Below, piece by piece: positions 55,947 to 64,000 of a DNA stretch of 64,000 nucleotides. This DNA is from Chlorobiota bacterium (GTDB taxonomy: Bacteria > Bacteroidota > Ignavibacteria > OLB7): positions 47,288 through 111,287 of the forward strand of contig JAQBOZ010000004.1 in the NCBI GenBank assembly GCA_028287785.1. Reading direction: 5' to 3'. How positions within the stretch are numbered: the stretch's first letter is position 1; every line of letters begins with the position of its first letter. The notes below the pieces were generated by a model, which made no database searches, was not told the origin of the DNA, and was given only the letters and a program-made list of their open reading frames with translations. Position numbers and translations under genes: made by a program.

Positions 55947-56812
55947 CCTTCCGTAAGATTGATTCCAAGAAGTATCCTGCGATCGCGAATATAGATCAAC
56001 ATACCGTTCCAGATAAAGAAGATATCGCTGCTCGGGCCCGGGGCATCCCGTGTTACGATCTCGTGAACGACGGGCCGGTCCCCCTGCAGCACGATCAGAT
56101 GGGCATCCACCAGGTTGGCAAGCATCGCCTCGGGCGATCGTTTCGAGCGGTCGTGCGCGCCGATCACGACATATCCGCCGTATTCGGCAACCTCCAGCGG
56201 GCCACGGCGCTCCTTCAGCAGCCTGGTCGCCGCCTCCTCGATGATCGAATATCGGAGATCATCATCCTCAAGCTCGCCGCTGTTGATCCATCCGCGAAGC
56301 CCGCTGATTGTGCCGCATGTTCGTTGGAATGCCTGTGCCCGCTCCACATTATCCCCTATCTCCTCCAGAATTTCCCCGGTGCGCGCATCGATCAACGCCA
56401 GCGCGTGCCAGTCGAACGTCTCGCCGCGCTGCGCCAGGGCGATCTCCTCGATGCCGCAGAGAACCCTGATGGAGTCATTGCTCCAGAGAACCTGACCGGT
56501 TCCGCAGTCTATCGCCGTCGCCCCGATGGAGTTGGGCATGTCCGGCCGTGGGAATCGATGGAGGATGGCGATCTCGCCGATGGTCATCTCCAGTGCTATC
56601 CACCACGGCTCATCGAGTGTCAGCCCGCTGAAAAGGATCTGGCCGGTGGCCGGGCGGATGGCGAAGAGGGAGAGGGTCTTCAGCTCCACATCGCGCGATT
56701 CGCCGATGATGATCCCCCCATCGGTCGGCTGAAGCTTCCAGATGATGGCCCCTGGAGCGATTTCCCAGGCGGGGGAGAGGGAGCGCCCGAATATGCGTTG
56801 TAATAATTTCAA
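55943..56812 (-). CDS. Hypothetical protein
   Basis: It is a coding-like ORF that overlaps the bcp start by 4 nt. No ATG lies near the 5' end, so a TTG at 56812 is proposed as the start. The ORF itself extends to 56917. I recognise no family. Confidence 0.5.
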   Translation of the reverse strand: MKLLQRIFGRSLSPAWEIAPGAIIWKLQPTDGGIIIGESRDVELKTLSLFAIRPATGQILFSGLTLDEPWWIALEMTIGEIAILHRFPRPDMPNSIGATAIDCGTGQVLWSNDSIRVLCGIEEIALAQRGETFDWHALALIDARTGEILEEIGDNVERAQAFQRTCGTISGLRGWINSGELEDDDLRYSIIEEAATRLLKERRGPLEVAEYGGYVVIGAHDRSKRSPEAMLANLVDAHLIVLQGDRPVVHEIVTRDAPGPSSDIFFIWNGMLIYIRDRRILLGINLTEG

Positions 56813-57079
56813 GCTCTGATCACCGCCTCTGGAGAATTCCGTTCCGATGCTGGATGGAGGGAAGTGGACCCGCCGGCAAGATACTCCGATCGGGCCGATA
56901 ACGGGACAACCGCGCATGAGCTTTCGAGCACCACACGCGGCCGTCCTTCATCATTCATGGTCGTCATGCTTCGATCTGTTCCGGGAGCACGCGCGCCGTT
57001 CTTCTCCGGTCACGGGGCAGGCGCGGTTCCGTTCCGATGCCTTTCACGCCCCATCCGGAAATGTCCGGGCCGATATCCC

Positions 57080-59221
57080 TCAGCTCCGTCGATCCGGCCT
57101 GCCGCCGCGGCCCCCTTTCGGCTTGAACCCGCCGCCACCGGGGCGCCGCTCGCCGCCGCCGAAACCACCGCCGCCTGGTCGCCGCTCGCCACCACCGAAA
57201 CCGCCGCCTTCGCGACGCTCACCACCGCCGAAACCGCCGCCTGGTCGCCGCTCGCCGCCACCGAAGCCTCCACCGCCCGGACGCCGTTCACCGCCGCCGG
57301 CGCCTCCGCCTCCTGGACGCCGTTCACCGCCGCCGAAGCCTCCACCGCCTGGACGCCGTTCACCGCCGCCACTGAAACCGCCCTCACGACGTTGACCGCC
57401 GCCAAAACCTCCGCCGCCCGGACGTCGCTCGCCGCCGCTGAAACCGCCCTCACGTCGCTGACCGCCGCCGAAGCCACCACCGCCCGGACGCCGTTCACCG
57501 CCGCCGCTGAAACCGCCCTCACGACGTTGACCGCCGCCAAAACCTCCGCCTCCCGGGCGTCGCTCGCCGCCGCTGAAACCGCCCTCACGTCGCTGACCGC
57601 CGCCAAAGCCACCACCGCCTGGACGCCGTTCACCGCCGCCGCTGAAACCGCCCTCGCGACGCTGACCGCCGCCGAAGCCACCACCGCCTGGCCGGCGATC
57701 GCCCCCCGGACGCCGCTCACCGCCACCGAAGCCTCCGCCCCCCGGACGTCGCTCGCCGCCGCCGAAACCGCCCTCACGTCGCTGGCCTCCTTCACGTCGA
57801 TCACCGCCGCTGAAACCGCCCTCGCGACGCTGACCGCCGCCGAAGCCACCCTCGCGCCGTTCGCCGCCGAAACCGCCTTCGCGACGCTCACCGCCACGAT
57901 CATCATGCCGTTCGGGACGTTGTTCGGGACGTTCGTCACGGTCACCGGCGTCGCGCCGGGTAAAGGGGCGATCGCCTCCCTGTCCGCGCTTTACCGGGCT
58001 CCAGCCGCGCTCGTCATCACGACCGCGCGGGCCGCGTGGCGCCGGCCTTTCCGATGATCCTTCGTCGAAGATATTCTCCGGCTCGTCGTCCATATCCTCA
58101 TCGGTATCGAACGCCATCGCCGGCTCCTCGGCAAGCTGTTCGATCACCGTATCGCGCGCCGCATCGGGAAGCTGATCGAGCACCAGCACGAACTCCCCCT
58201 TGAAGCGCTTCTGGGCGAACTTGTCGTTCAGCTCCATAAGCGTTCCGCGGATCACCGCCTCGAACGCCGTGGTCAGGTTGATGGCGATTGCCGCCATGCG
58301 GTCCGGCATCGCCTCGGAGAGGGAGGCCAGGAGCGAGCGGAGCCTGTAGGGGGTTTCGAGGATGGCGATGGTGCGCCGGCGGTTGGCGAGCGCCTCGGCC
58401 GCCTGGCGACGTTCCTCCGGCTTGCGGGGGAGAAATCCGGCGAAATCGAAGCGTTCGAGGTTGAAGCCGCTCGCCATCAGGCCGGTCAGCACGGAGCTGA
58501 CGCCGGGGATGATGATCGGCTCGATAGATGCGGCCCGGAGCTTTTTGGCGAGGATCGATCCGGGATCGGCCAGCACGGGGAGCCCGGCATCGGAGACCAC
58601 GCCGACCTTCTTGCCGCGCTTGACCATGCCGATGATCTCGTCGCACACCGATGCCTCGTTGTGCTCGTTCATCTCCATCAGCTTCTTGGTGATGTTGTGA
58701 TTCCGGAGGAGCCGCGCCGCGGTCTTGAAATCCTCGCAGACCACCACATCGACCGCCTGGAGGGTACGCATCGCGCGGAGGGTGATGTCGTCATTATTGC
58801 CGATCGGCACGCCGATCAGGAATATCTTGCCGGAATATTTCGGGGCGGGGAGATCGATCTCCAGCTCCGAGTTCTCGGCCACATTTCCCGGCTCGTTTCC
58901 GGTTTCATCGCCGTCCGCCATCTCGTCATCCTCCAGCTCCGGGATATCGCCGAAGCTGTCGTCGTCATCATCGTCCGACATTTCATCGTCGTCTTCCGGC
59001 TCGTCGTCGTTCATATCATCATCATCTCCGATCTCGCCGAACTCCGGCTCAACCGGGTTCATCGAGGAGGAGAGGAGCCCATCGGTATCGTTTGGTTCGC
59101 GATCGACCGCGGGGATATCGGCCGTCTCCAGCCCGGCATCATGATGGAGCTCTTCCGGGAGGGCGTCCGAAGCATCAGACGTGCCGTGATTATTCTCGGG
59201 ATCGACAGGGAAATCAGCCAT
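57080..59221 (-). CDS. rsmI: 16S rRNA (cytidine1402-2'-O)-methyltransferase RsmI with an acidic N-terminal extension and a long RGG/GAR-like C-terminal repeat tail
   Basis: The core (aa ~130-355) carries GKIFLIGVPIGNNDDITLRAMRTLQAVDVVVCEDFKTAARLL ... VVSDAGLPVLADPG ... IIPGVSSV. The N-terminus (aa 1-128) is Asp/Glu-rich. The C-terminus (aa ~391-713) is made of ERRPGGGGFGGGQRREGGFSGG repeats. Confidence 0.85.
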   Translation of the reverse strand: MADFPVDPENNHGTSDASDALPEELHHDAGLETADIPAVDREPNDTDGLLSSSMNPVEPEFGEIGDDDDMNDDEPEDDDEMSDDDDDDSFGDIPELEDDEMADGDETGNEPGNVAENSELEIDLPAPKYSGKIFLIGVPIGNNDDITLRAMRTLQAVDVVVCEDFKTAARLLRNHNITKKLMEMNEHNEASVCDEIIGMVKRGKKVGVVSDAGLPVLADPGSILAKKLRAASIEPIIIPGVSSVLTGLMASGFNLERFDFAGFLPRKPEERRQAAEALANRRRTIAILETPYRLRSLLASLSEAMPDRMAAIAINLTTAFEAVIRGTLMELNDKFAQKRFKGEFVLVLDQLPDAARDTVIEQLAEEPAMAFDTDEDMDDEPENIFDEGSSERPAPRGPRGRDDERGWSPVKRGQGGDRPFTRRDAGDRDERPEQRPERHDDRGGERREGGFGGERREGGFGGGQRREGGFSGGDRREGGQRREGGFGGGERRPGGGGFGGGERRPGGDRRPGGGGFGGGQRREGGFSGGGERRPGGGGFGGGQRREGGFSGGERRPGGGGFGGGQRREGGFSGGGERRPGGGGFGGGQRREGGFSGGERRPGGGGFGGGQRREGGFSGGGERRPGGGGFGGGERRPGGGGAGGGERRPGGGGFGGGERRPGGGFGGGERREGGGFGGGERRPGGGGFGGGERRPGGGGFKPKGGRGGRPDRRS
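57105..57895 (-). repeat. In-frame tandem DNA repeats (period roughly 66-69 bp) encoding the RGG tail of RsmI
   Basis: Units such as GAAACCGCCCTCACGTCGCTGACCGCCGCC recur on the plus strand. The protein repeat is GGGERRPGGGGFGGGQRREGGFS, present in about 10 copies. Confidence 0.8.
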
Positions 59222-59275
59222 GTAACGTAGTCTGTGCTAGGGTCTGTGAACGATCGACTCAGGGGAGCCTTTGAA

Positions 59276-60652
59276 TTATGAAATCTCGCCGATTGCGTCG
59301 CCGGGGGGGGAGGGATCGACCATGACCGGCCGCCTGTCGCGTATCGTGCGGCGATACCATTCCTTCAGGAAGAAGAGCATGACGGCCGTTGTTGGAACGG
59401 CGATCATCAGCCCGATAAACCCGAGGAAATGGGCGAAGATGAAAAGGGATGCGATCAGCAGCACCGGATGGAGCCCGACGCGATCGCCGATGACGCGCGG
59501 CTCGATCAGGTAGGAGTTCAGCGCGTGAAGGCCCACCACCATGCCGACCGTGATCAGCGTGTTGTTCCAGAAATCCCCCGGGGCGAAGAGGTAGATCACC
59601 ATCGACAGCCCGAGATTCAGGAACATCCCGACGGTCGGGATCAGATTGAAGACGCCGGTCAGTATCCCGATGACCACGGCATAGGGGACGCCGAAGGCCG
59701 AAAGAGTCGCAATCGCCATGCCGCCGACGAGCGACGAAGTCAGGAGAATTCCACGAAGGTACGAGCTAAGGATGCCATCAACCTGTTTGATATAGTAAAC
59801 GTAATCGGGATCATCCTGCAGGAGGGTGCTTCTGATAAAGACCCTGATGCGGTTGAAATCGATCAGCAGGTAGAAGGAGATGATCGGGATCAGCACCAGA
59901 TTCATCACCCCTTCGAGGATCGAATTGAGGTTCTTGATGAACGATCCCAGGTTGACGAAGATCCAGGAGATCACCGCTTTCAACTGCGGTTCCACGTAGT
60001 TGGTGATCAGATCCGCCGCCTGTTTCCTGGGGATGCCGTAGCTCGCCAGCCGGTTGATCAGTGCATTCCGGTCGAAAAACGAATTGGCGTCCTTGAAAAT
60101 GGACTGCACCGACCCGATAAGCTGATCGAACTGGCCGATCAGTTGCGGGATCAGGAAGATGCCGATCACGGTATAGACCCCCAGGATCACCAGCACCACC
60201 CCGAGCGACGTGACCCATCGGGGAATCTTCCGCTCGGCGAAGAAGCTCACCACCGGCGAACAGAGATACGCAACGATAAAGGCGACGATAAAGGGAAAGA
60301 GGGCTCCGCTCAGGTTGATAAAGAGCCAGACCAGATAAATGATGATCCCGAGCTGAATTGTCCGGCGGGGGACGACGACGCGGCGAAACGGGTAGAGGAA
60401 GAAGATGAGCGCCGCAATCGGGAAGATCGGGTTGATGATCGGGGTGATCGTCGTGACCAGTTCCAGGGCGAGCATGCCGAACCCGCCGATCAGGGCAAGC
60501 CGTTCGGTAGGTTCGAGTTTTCTTCTCAGGAAGACGTGTGGCCGTTTCGCCTGCCGGTCGGCCGCGCCGGCGGCGGCATCGGCGGCCTGCTGCTCGGTTT
60601 CTCGTTCCAGCTTCGATTCCTCCGGTGCCGGAGCATCCTCGGTATGTGCCAT
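59276..60652 (-). CDS. AI-2E family transporter (PerM/UPF0118)
   Basis: It is a polytopic membrane protein of about 8 TM segments with AI-2E-like segments: FPFIVAFIVAYLCSPVV, LIPTVG and IEPRVIGDRVGLHPV. Confidence 0.85.
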   Translation of the reverse strand: MAHTEDAPAPEESKLERETEQQAADAAAGAADRQAKRPHVFLRRKLEPTERLALIGGFGMLALELVTTITPIINPIFPIAALIFFLYPFRRVVVPRRTIQLGIIIYLVWLFINLSGALFPFIVAFIVAYLCSPVVSFFAERKIPRWVTSLGVVLVILGVYTVIGIFLIPQLIGQFDQLIGSVQSIFKDANSFFDRNALINRLASYGIPRKQAADLITNYVEPQLKAVISWIFVNLGSFIKNLNSILEGVMNLVLIPIISFYLLIDFNRIRVFIRSTLLQDDPDYVYYIKQVDGILSSYLRGILLTSSLVGGMAIATLSAFGVPYAVVIGILTGVFNLIPTVGMFLNLGLSMVIYLFAPGDFWNNTLITVGMVVGLHALNSYLIEPRVIGDRVGLHPVLLIASLFIFAHFLGFIGLMIAVPTTAVMLFFLKEWYRRTIRDRRPVMVDPSPPGDAIGEIS

Positions 60653-60719
60653 AATGATCCTGGTTTACCCCTGTCCGCCGCTCCGCTGCCTGCGGTTGCT
60701 CAGCACTGACTGTTTTGCG

Positions 60720-61172
60720 TCATACCGTTCCGGTGCTGCCGAACCCTCCGTTGCCACGTCCGGTCGCGTTCAGGCTTTTCACTTCGGTCCAGACCACCCG
60801 TTCATAGCGCGCGATCACCGCCTGCGCGATCCGCTCGCCGCGGCATATCCTGAACGGTTCGCGGCCGTGATTGATCACGATCACCTGAATCTCCCCCCGA
60901 TAATCCTCATCCACGGTTCCCGGCGTGTTGAGCATCGTGATGCCCTGGCGGGCGGCCAGGCCGCTTCGCGGGCGCACCTGGCACTCATAGCCCTCCGGCA
61001 GCGCGATGGCAATGCCGGTCGGCACGGAGGCGCGGTCCCCCGGTTCCAGAAGGATCGGGTCGGTGATCGCCGCGCGGAGGTCCATGCCTGCGGCTCCGTC
61101 GGTTGCGTATGTGGGGAGGGGGAGGTCGTCGAAGCCGTCGCGGATACGGGAGATCTGAACGGAAAGTGCCAT
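60720..61172 (-). CDS. dut: dUTP diphosphatase
   Basis: Family motifs are [32 protein letters not shown] and GFGSTG. Confidence 0.9.
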   Translation of the reverse strand: MALSVQISRIRDGFDDLPLPTYATDGAAGMDLRAAITDPILLEPGDRASVPTGIAIALPEGYECQVRPRSGLAARQGITMLNTPGTVDEDYRGEIQVIVINHGREPFRICRGERIAQAVIARYERVVWTEVKSLNATGRGNGGFGSTGTV

Positions 61173-61192
61173 GCGGTTCTGATCGGTGTCGG

Positions 61193-61311
61193 GGCGGCTT
61201 TCAGAGCCGCCCGTACCTGATGGAGATGCGTTTGCGTGAGAATTGCGTTTATCTGACGTCTTCTGAGTTTTCTGTGTCTTCTGTCGGGGCGGCTCTCAGA
61301 GCCGCCCCGAC
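61193..61311. repeat. Pair of near-identical GC hairpins (GGGCGGCT-YTCAG-AGCCGCCC) flanking a 70-bp AT-richer spacer
   Basis: The first hairpin spans 61193-61213 with an 8-bp stem. The second spans 61283-61311 with a 12-bp stem, GTCGGGGCGGCT/AGCCGCCCCGAC. They lie between the acyl-CoA dehydrogenase stop and the dut start. Confidence 0.55.
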
Positions 61312-61341
61312 TCGATCCGTACACATCCGTTCATACACCGA

Positions 61342-62508
61342 TCAAGTATACGCGTCGATGCCGGTGATATCCGCGCCGAGGATCAGCGTGTGGATATCGT
61401 GCGTTCCCTCGTAGGTCTTCACCGATTCCAGGTTCGCGGCGTGGCGCATGATCGGATATTCGTCGAGGATGCCGTTGGCGCCGTGGATATCGCGGGCCAT
61501 CCGGGCGCATTCAAGCGCCATCCAGACATTATTGCGCTTGGCGAGCGAAACCTGCTGCGGGCGCATCGTCCCCTCATCCTTCAGCCTTCCCAGGCGGAGG
61601 GCCAGAAGCTGCGCCTTGGTGATCTCGTTGAGCATCCAGACCAGCTTATCCTGCACAAGCTGAAAGCCGCCGATCGGCCGGTCGAACTGGATGCGGGTGG
61701 TTGCATATTTCACCGACGATTCGAACACGGCGATGGCCGCGCCGATCGCCCCCCAGCTTATCCCGTAGCGGGCCTGCGTCAGACAGGAGAGTGGGCCTTT
61801 CAGCCCCTTGATATCGGGGAAGATGTGGGTTTTCGGTATCTCGCAATCCTCCAACACCAGCTCGCTTGTCACCGATGCGCGAAGGGAATGCTTCCCCTTC
61901 ATCTCCGGCGCGGAGAATCCGGGCGTCCCCTTCTCCACGATAAAGCCGCGGACCACGCCGTCCAGCTTTCCCCAGACCACCGCCACATCGGCAAGCGATC
62001 CGTTGGTGATCCACATCTTGGTGCCGTTCAGGACATAGCCGCTGTCGGTCTCACGGGCATTGGTGAGCATGCCTGAAGGGTTGGAGCCGTAGTCCGGCTC
62101 GGTCAGCCCGAAGCAGCCTATCGCGTCGCCGCTGGCGAGCCGGGGGAGCCATTTGCGCTTCAGATCCTCGTTGGCGTAGCGCCATATCGGGTACATCACC
62201 AGCGATCCCTGCACGGAGACGGCGCTTCGGAGGGCGGAATCGCCCCGCTCAAGCTCCTGGCAGATCAGGCCGTAGCAGACGGAGTTCATCCCGCCGCCGC
62301 CATATTCCTCGGGGATCGTCGGGCCGAACATCCCCAGATCGCCGCAACGCTTTACCAGATGAATGGGGAATGTGGCATCCTGAAAGTGCTTCTCGATGAT
62401 CGGCAGCACCTCGTCATCCACGAACGAGCGGACGGTGTCGCGGACCATGCGCTCCTCTTCACTGAGAAGCGATGCGATGTCGTAATAATCGGGTGTTATC
62501 AGCGGCAT
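61342..62508 (-). CDS. Acyl-CoA dehydrogenase (glutaryl-CoA dehydrogenase-like)
   Basis: It is ACAD-like over its full length, with N-terminal LSEEERMVRDTVRSFVDDEV and a C-terminal catalytic region YEGTHDIH. The substrate call is tentative. Confidence 0.88.
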   Translation of the reverse strand: MPLITPDYYDIASLLSEEERMVRDTVRSFVDDEVLPIIEKHFQDATFPIHLVKRCGDLGMFGPTIPEEYGGGGMNSVCYGLICQELERGDSALRSAVSVQGSLVMYPIWRYANEDLKRKWLPRLASGDAIGCFGLTEPDYGSNPSGMLTNARETDSGYVLNGTKMWITNGSLADVAVVWGKLDGVVRGFIVEKGTPGFSAPEMKGKHSLRASVTSELVLEDCEIPKTHIFPDIKGLKGPLSCLTQARYGISWGAIGAAIAVFESSVKYATTRIQFDRPIGGFQLVQDKLVWMLNEITKAQLLALRLGRLKDEGTMRPQQVSLAKRNNVWMALECARMARDIHGANGILDEYPIMRHAANLESVKTYEGTHDIHTLILGADITGIDAYT

Positions 62509-62605
62509 TGTTCGGGCTGTTCGGATAGAGAAGAGTTTACGGTTTGCTGCAAATATAGTCTCTTTGCGGTGACGGACCCGATATTTGACGGTGCCGGAGC
62601 ACGTT

Positions 62606-63478
62606 TTACGGATGCCTGCCGCCTCCGCCGCCCGTGCCCGCGACCGGAAACGCCGCCAGTTCCCGCCTGATCCGTCCGTAAAGATCGCTCACCCATTTCT
62701 CCTCTCTGGGAAGCGATGGCTTCGGTGTCCGGCGGAAATCGACGGGGGAGATGATGATCCTCCTGTTCGGCTCCGCCACCTGCGCGGCCAGCGTGAAGAT
62801 CTCCTCGATCGCCGGATCGCCGACCGCGATGCATCCGATTGAGGCGGCCTTGCCGTGGAGATAGATATCGCCCCCCATCGCGTCCCGGAGAATGCCGGCG
62901 TTGGCGATATCATCCTGATTCGGATAGCCGATCCTGATCGAGAGATGAAGGCTGCTGTTGGGGTTCAGCTCCGGCAGCGTGTAGAATCCCTCCGGCACCT
63001 GCCTGTCGCCTTCCATCCGTTTCGGCCCCGGCCCGCCGCTCGCCGCCAGAATCGGATATCTGCCGATTTTCCGGTATGCGCCCCCCCCGTCGGCCCCCCA
63101 GATCTCCAGCGATCGCTCCCGCTTGAACGCGAGAAACGTAAGCCGGACGGGGGGCCAGGGAATCCCCGCCGCCCTGCACGGCCCCTCGAACTTCTTCCGG
63201 GCGATCGCTCCAAATGCATCCACCATCTTCGCGACCGTCCAGGGGGGCTCCGGAAAGCGGGGACGTTTGGCCGATGTATCCCTCTTCTCCTTTACGGGGA
63301 GGAGCACGGGGGAGGGCTTCCCGGCCGCCGAAACATTCCGCGCGGCGGTTTGAGGCGGTTTCGATTCGTGCCGCGCGCAGCCGGAAAGGATGGAGATGAC
63401 GATGGCGACCGTCACCAGCGGGAGGGGGAACCCAGGGGGGAGGGCAGGCTGCTTCATCTTGTCACGGAGTAGTTGCAT
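62606..63478 (-). CDS. L,D-transpeptidase (YkuD/YafK-like) lipoprotein
   Basis: The ATG at 63478 gives a leader with the lipobox ISILSGC. The catalytic motif is IYLHGKAASIGCIAV (H...SxGC). Confidence 0.8.
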   Translation of the reverse strand: MQLLRDKMKQPALPPGFPLPLVTVAIVISILSGCARHESKPPQTAARNVSAAGKPSPVLLPVKEKRDTSAKRPRFPEPPWTVAKMVDAFGAIARKKFEGPCRAAGIPWPPVRLTFLAFKRERSLEIWGADGGGAYRKIGRYPILAASGGPGPKRMEGDRQVPEGFYTLPELNPNSSLHLSIRIGYPNQDDIANAGILRDAMGGDIYLHGKAASIGCIAVGDPAIEEIFTLAAQVAEPNRRIIISPVDFRRTPKPSLPREEKWVSDLYGRIRRELAAFPVAGTGGGGGRHP

Positions 63479-63587
63479 GATGGCACGCTCCTTTTCAGAT
63501 CGGCTTGAGTATCTTTGGCTTTTCACCGTGACTGCCGCGCGGTGATCAACCTGACACGCTTCTCCCATCGAACGAAGGCGTACACGC

Positions 63588-64000
63588 ATGACTGCACGAG
63601 ACGTTGCGAAGGTTCTCTACGACATCGAAACATATCTGGGACTTCACGGCGAGAACGACTTCAAGTCGAGCGCGTACGGCCGCGCCGCGCGGGCGATGGA
63701 GACCAGCGGGATCGACATCGCCGCCGCGATGGAATCCCCCGGCGGCTTTGCGATTCCGGGGGTCGGAAAGGCGCTGGCGTCGGAGATCAGGGAGATTGTG
63801 GAGAGCGGCACATCGAGCCAGCTCGAAGAGCTTCGCGGGGCAACCCCTCCGGGGCTGATCGACATCCTGAAAATACGGGGGCTCGGCGCCAAGAAGGTTC
63901 GCGCCATCCATCTTCAGCTTGGCGTCGATACGCTGCGCGGCCTGGAAGAGGCAGTCCGGGAAAATCGCGTCGCGTCGCTGCCGGGATTCGGCGCGAAGTC
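63588..64000 (+). CDS. polX: DNA polymerase X family protein, N-terminal part (truncated by the window end)
   Basis: This ORF is not in the track because it runs off the window. The ATG at 63588 gives MTARDVAKVLYDIETYLGLHGENDFKSSAYGRAARAME...IPGVGKALASEI...LKIRGLGAKKV, which are the 8-kDa and helix-hairpin-helix motifs of PolX. Confidence 0.75.
   Translation, partial: MTARDVAKVLYDIETYLGLHGENDFKSSAYGRAARAMETSGIDIAAAMESPGGFAIPGVGKALASEIREIVESGTSSQLEELRGATPPGLIDILKIRGLGAKKVRAIHLQLGVDTLRGLEEAVRENRVASLPGFGAK

Noticed and set aside
57105-57895. Regularly spaced repeats might be a CRISPR array or non-coding satellite.
   Set aside because: The units are contiguous with no unique spacers. They keep one reading frame continuous with the RsmI core and encode a coherent RGG repeat. 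No cas genes are present in the window.
56847-58057. Pro-rich and Ala/Thr-rich ORFs (56847..57395, 56864..58057, 57010..57945) overlap the repeat region.
   Set aside because: They are alternative-frame or alternative-strand readings of the same tandem repeat. Only the minus-strand frame is contiguous with a recognisable enzyme core.

Overview
This is a GC-rich bacterial chromosomal segment with about 53 credible protein genes, one clear riboswitch, and no rRNA, tRNA, CRISPR array or transposase gene that I can support. Type IX secretion markers point to the FCB superphylum (Bacteroidota, Ignavibacteriota or Rhodothermota-like). These markers are a PorX-type receiver-PglZ regulator, a PorV/PorQ-family barrel, and several proteins with T9SS or FlgD-Ig-like C-terminal sorting domains. 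The phylum call is inference only.

Most of the window is housekeeping:
- thiC behind a TPP riboswitch, then glyA, rpiB and tatC
- a polyprenyl synthase
- tsaE, tsaB and accD
- arginase, panC and panD
- methylmalonyl-CoA epimerase and acyP
- an Omp85/BamA-family gene and mreBCD
- upp, tatD, bcp, rsmI and dut
- an acyl-CoA dehydrogenase, an L,D-transpeptidase and a partial polX

The accessory-looking content is:
- a 2,042-aa alpha-2-macroglobulin
- three paralogous signal-peptide ankyrin proteins beside a lipoprotein, an OmpA-like protein and a WG-repeat protein
- a T9SS cargo/PorQ-like operon divergent from porX
- a 928-aa secreted protein wedged between tsaE and tsaB

I did not find a system I can name as new with confidence. 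The signals least explained by gene annotation are:
1. A family of structured intergenic repeats. It includes a 313-bp element bounded by 19-bp perfect inverted repeats, two homologous composite elements with compensatory stem changes, and at least 9 copies of a short AGCYCC-NNN-GGRGCG hairpin. All copies lie essentially in non-coding DNA.
2. An RsmI methyltransferase with an acidic N-terminus and a roughly 320-aa RGG/GAR-like tandem-repeat tail.
3. A TatD ORF that reads in frame, without a stop, into a signal-peptide plus beta-barrel-like module.
4. An orphan plus-strand intrinsic terminator between two minus-strand genes, which may mark a small RNA.

All homology calls come from reading motifs in the translated ORFs by eye. 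No searches were run.
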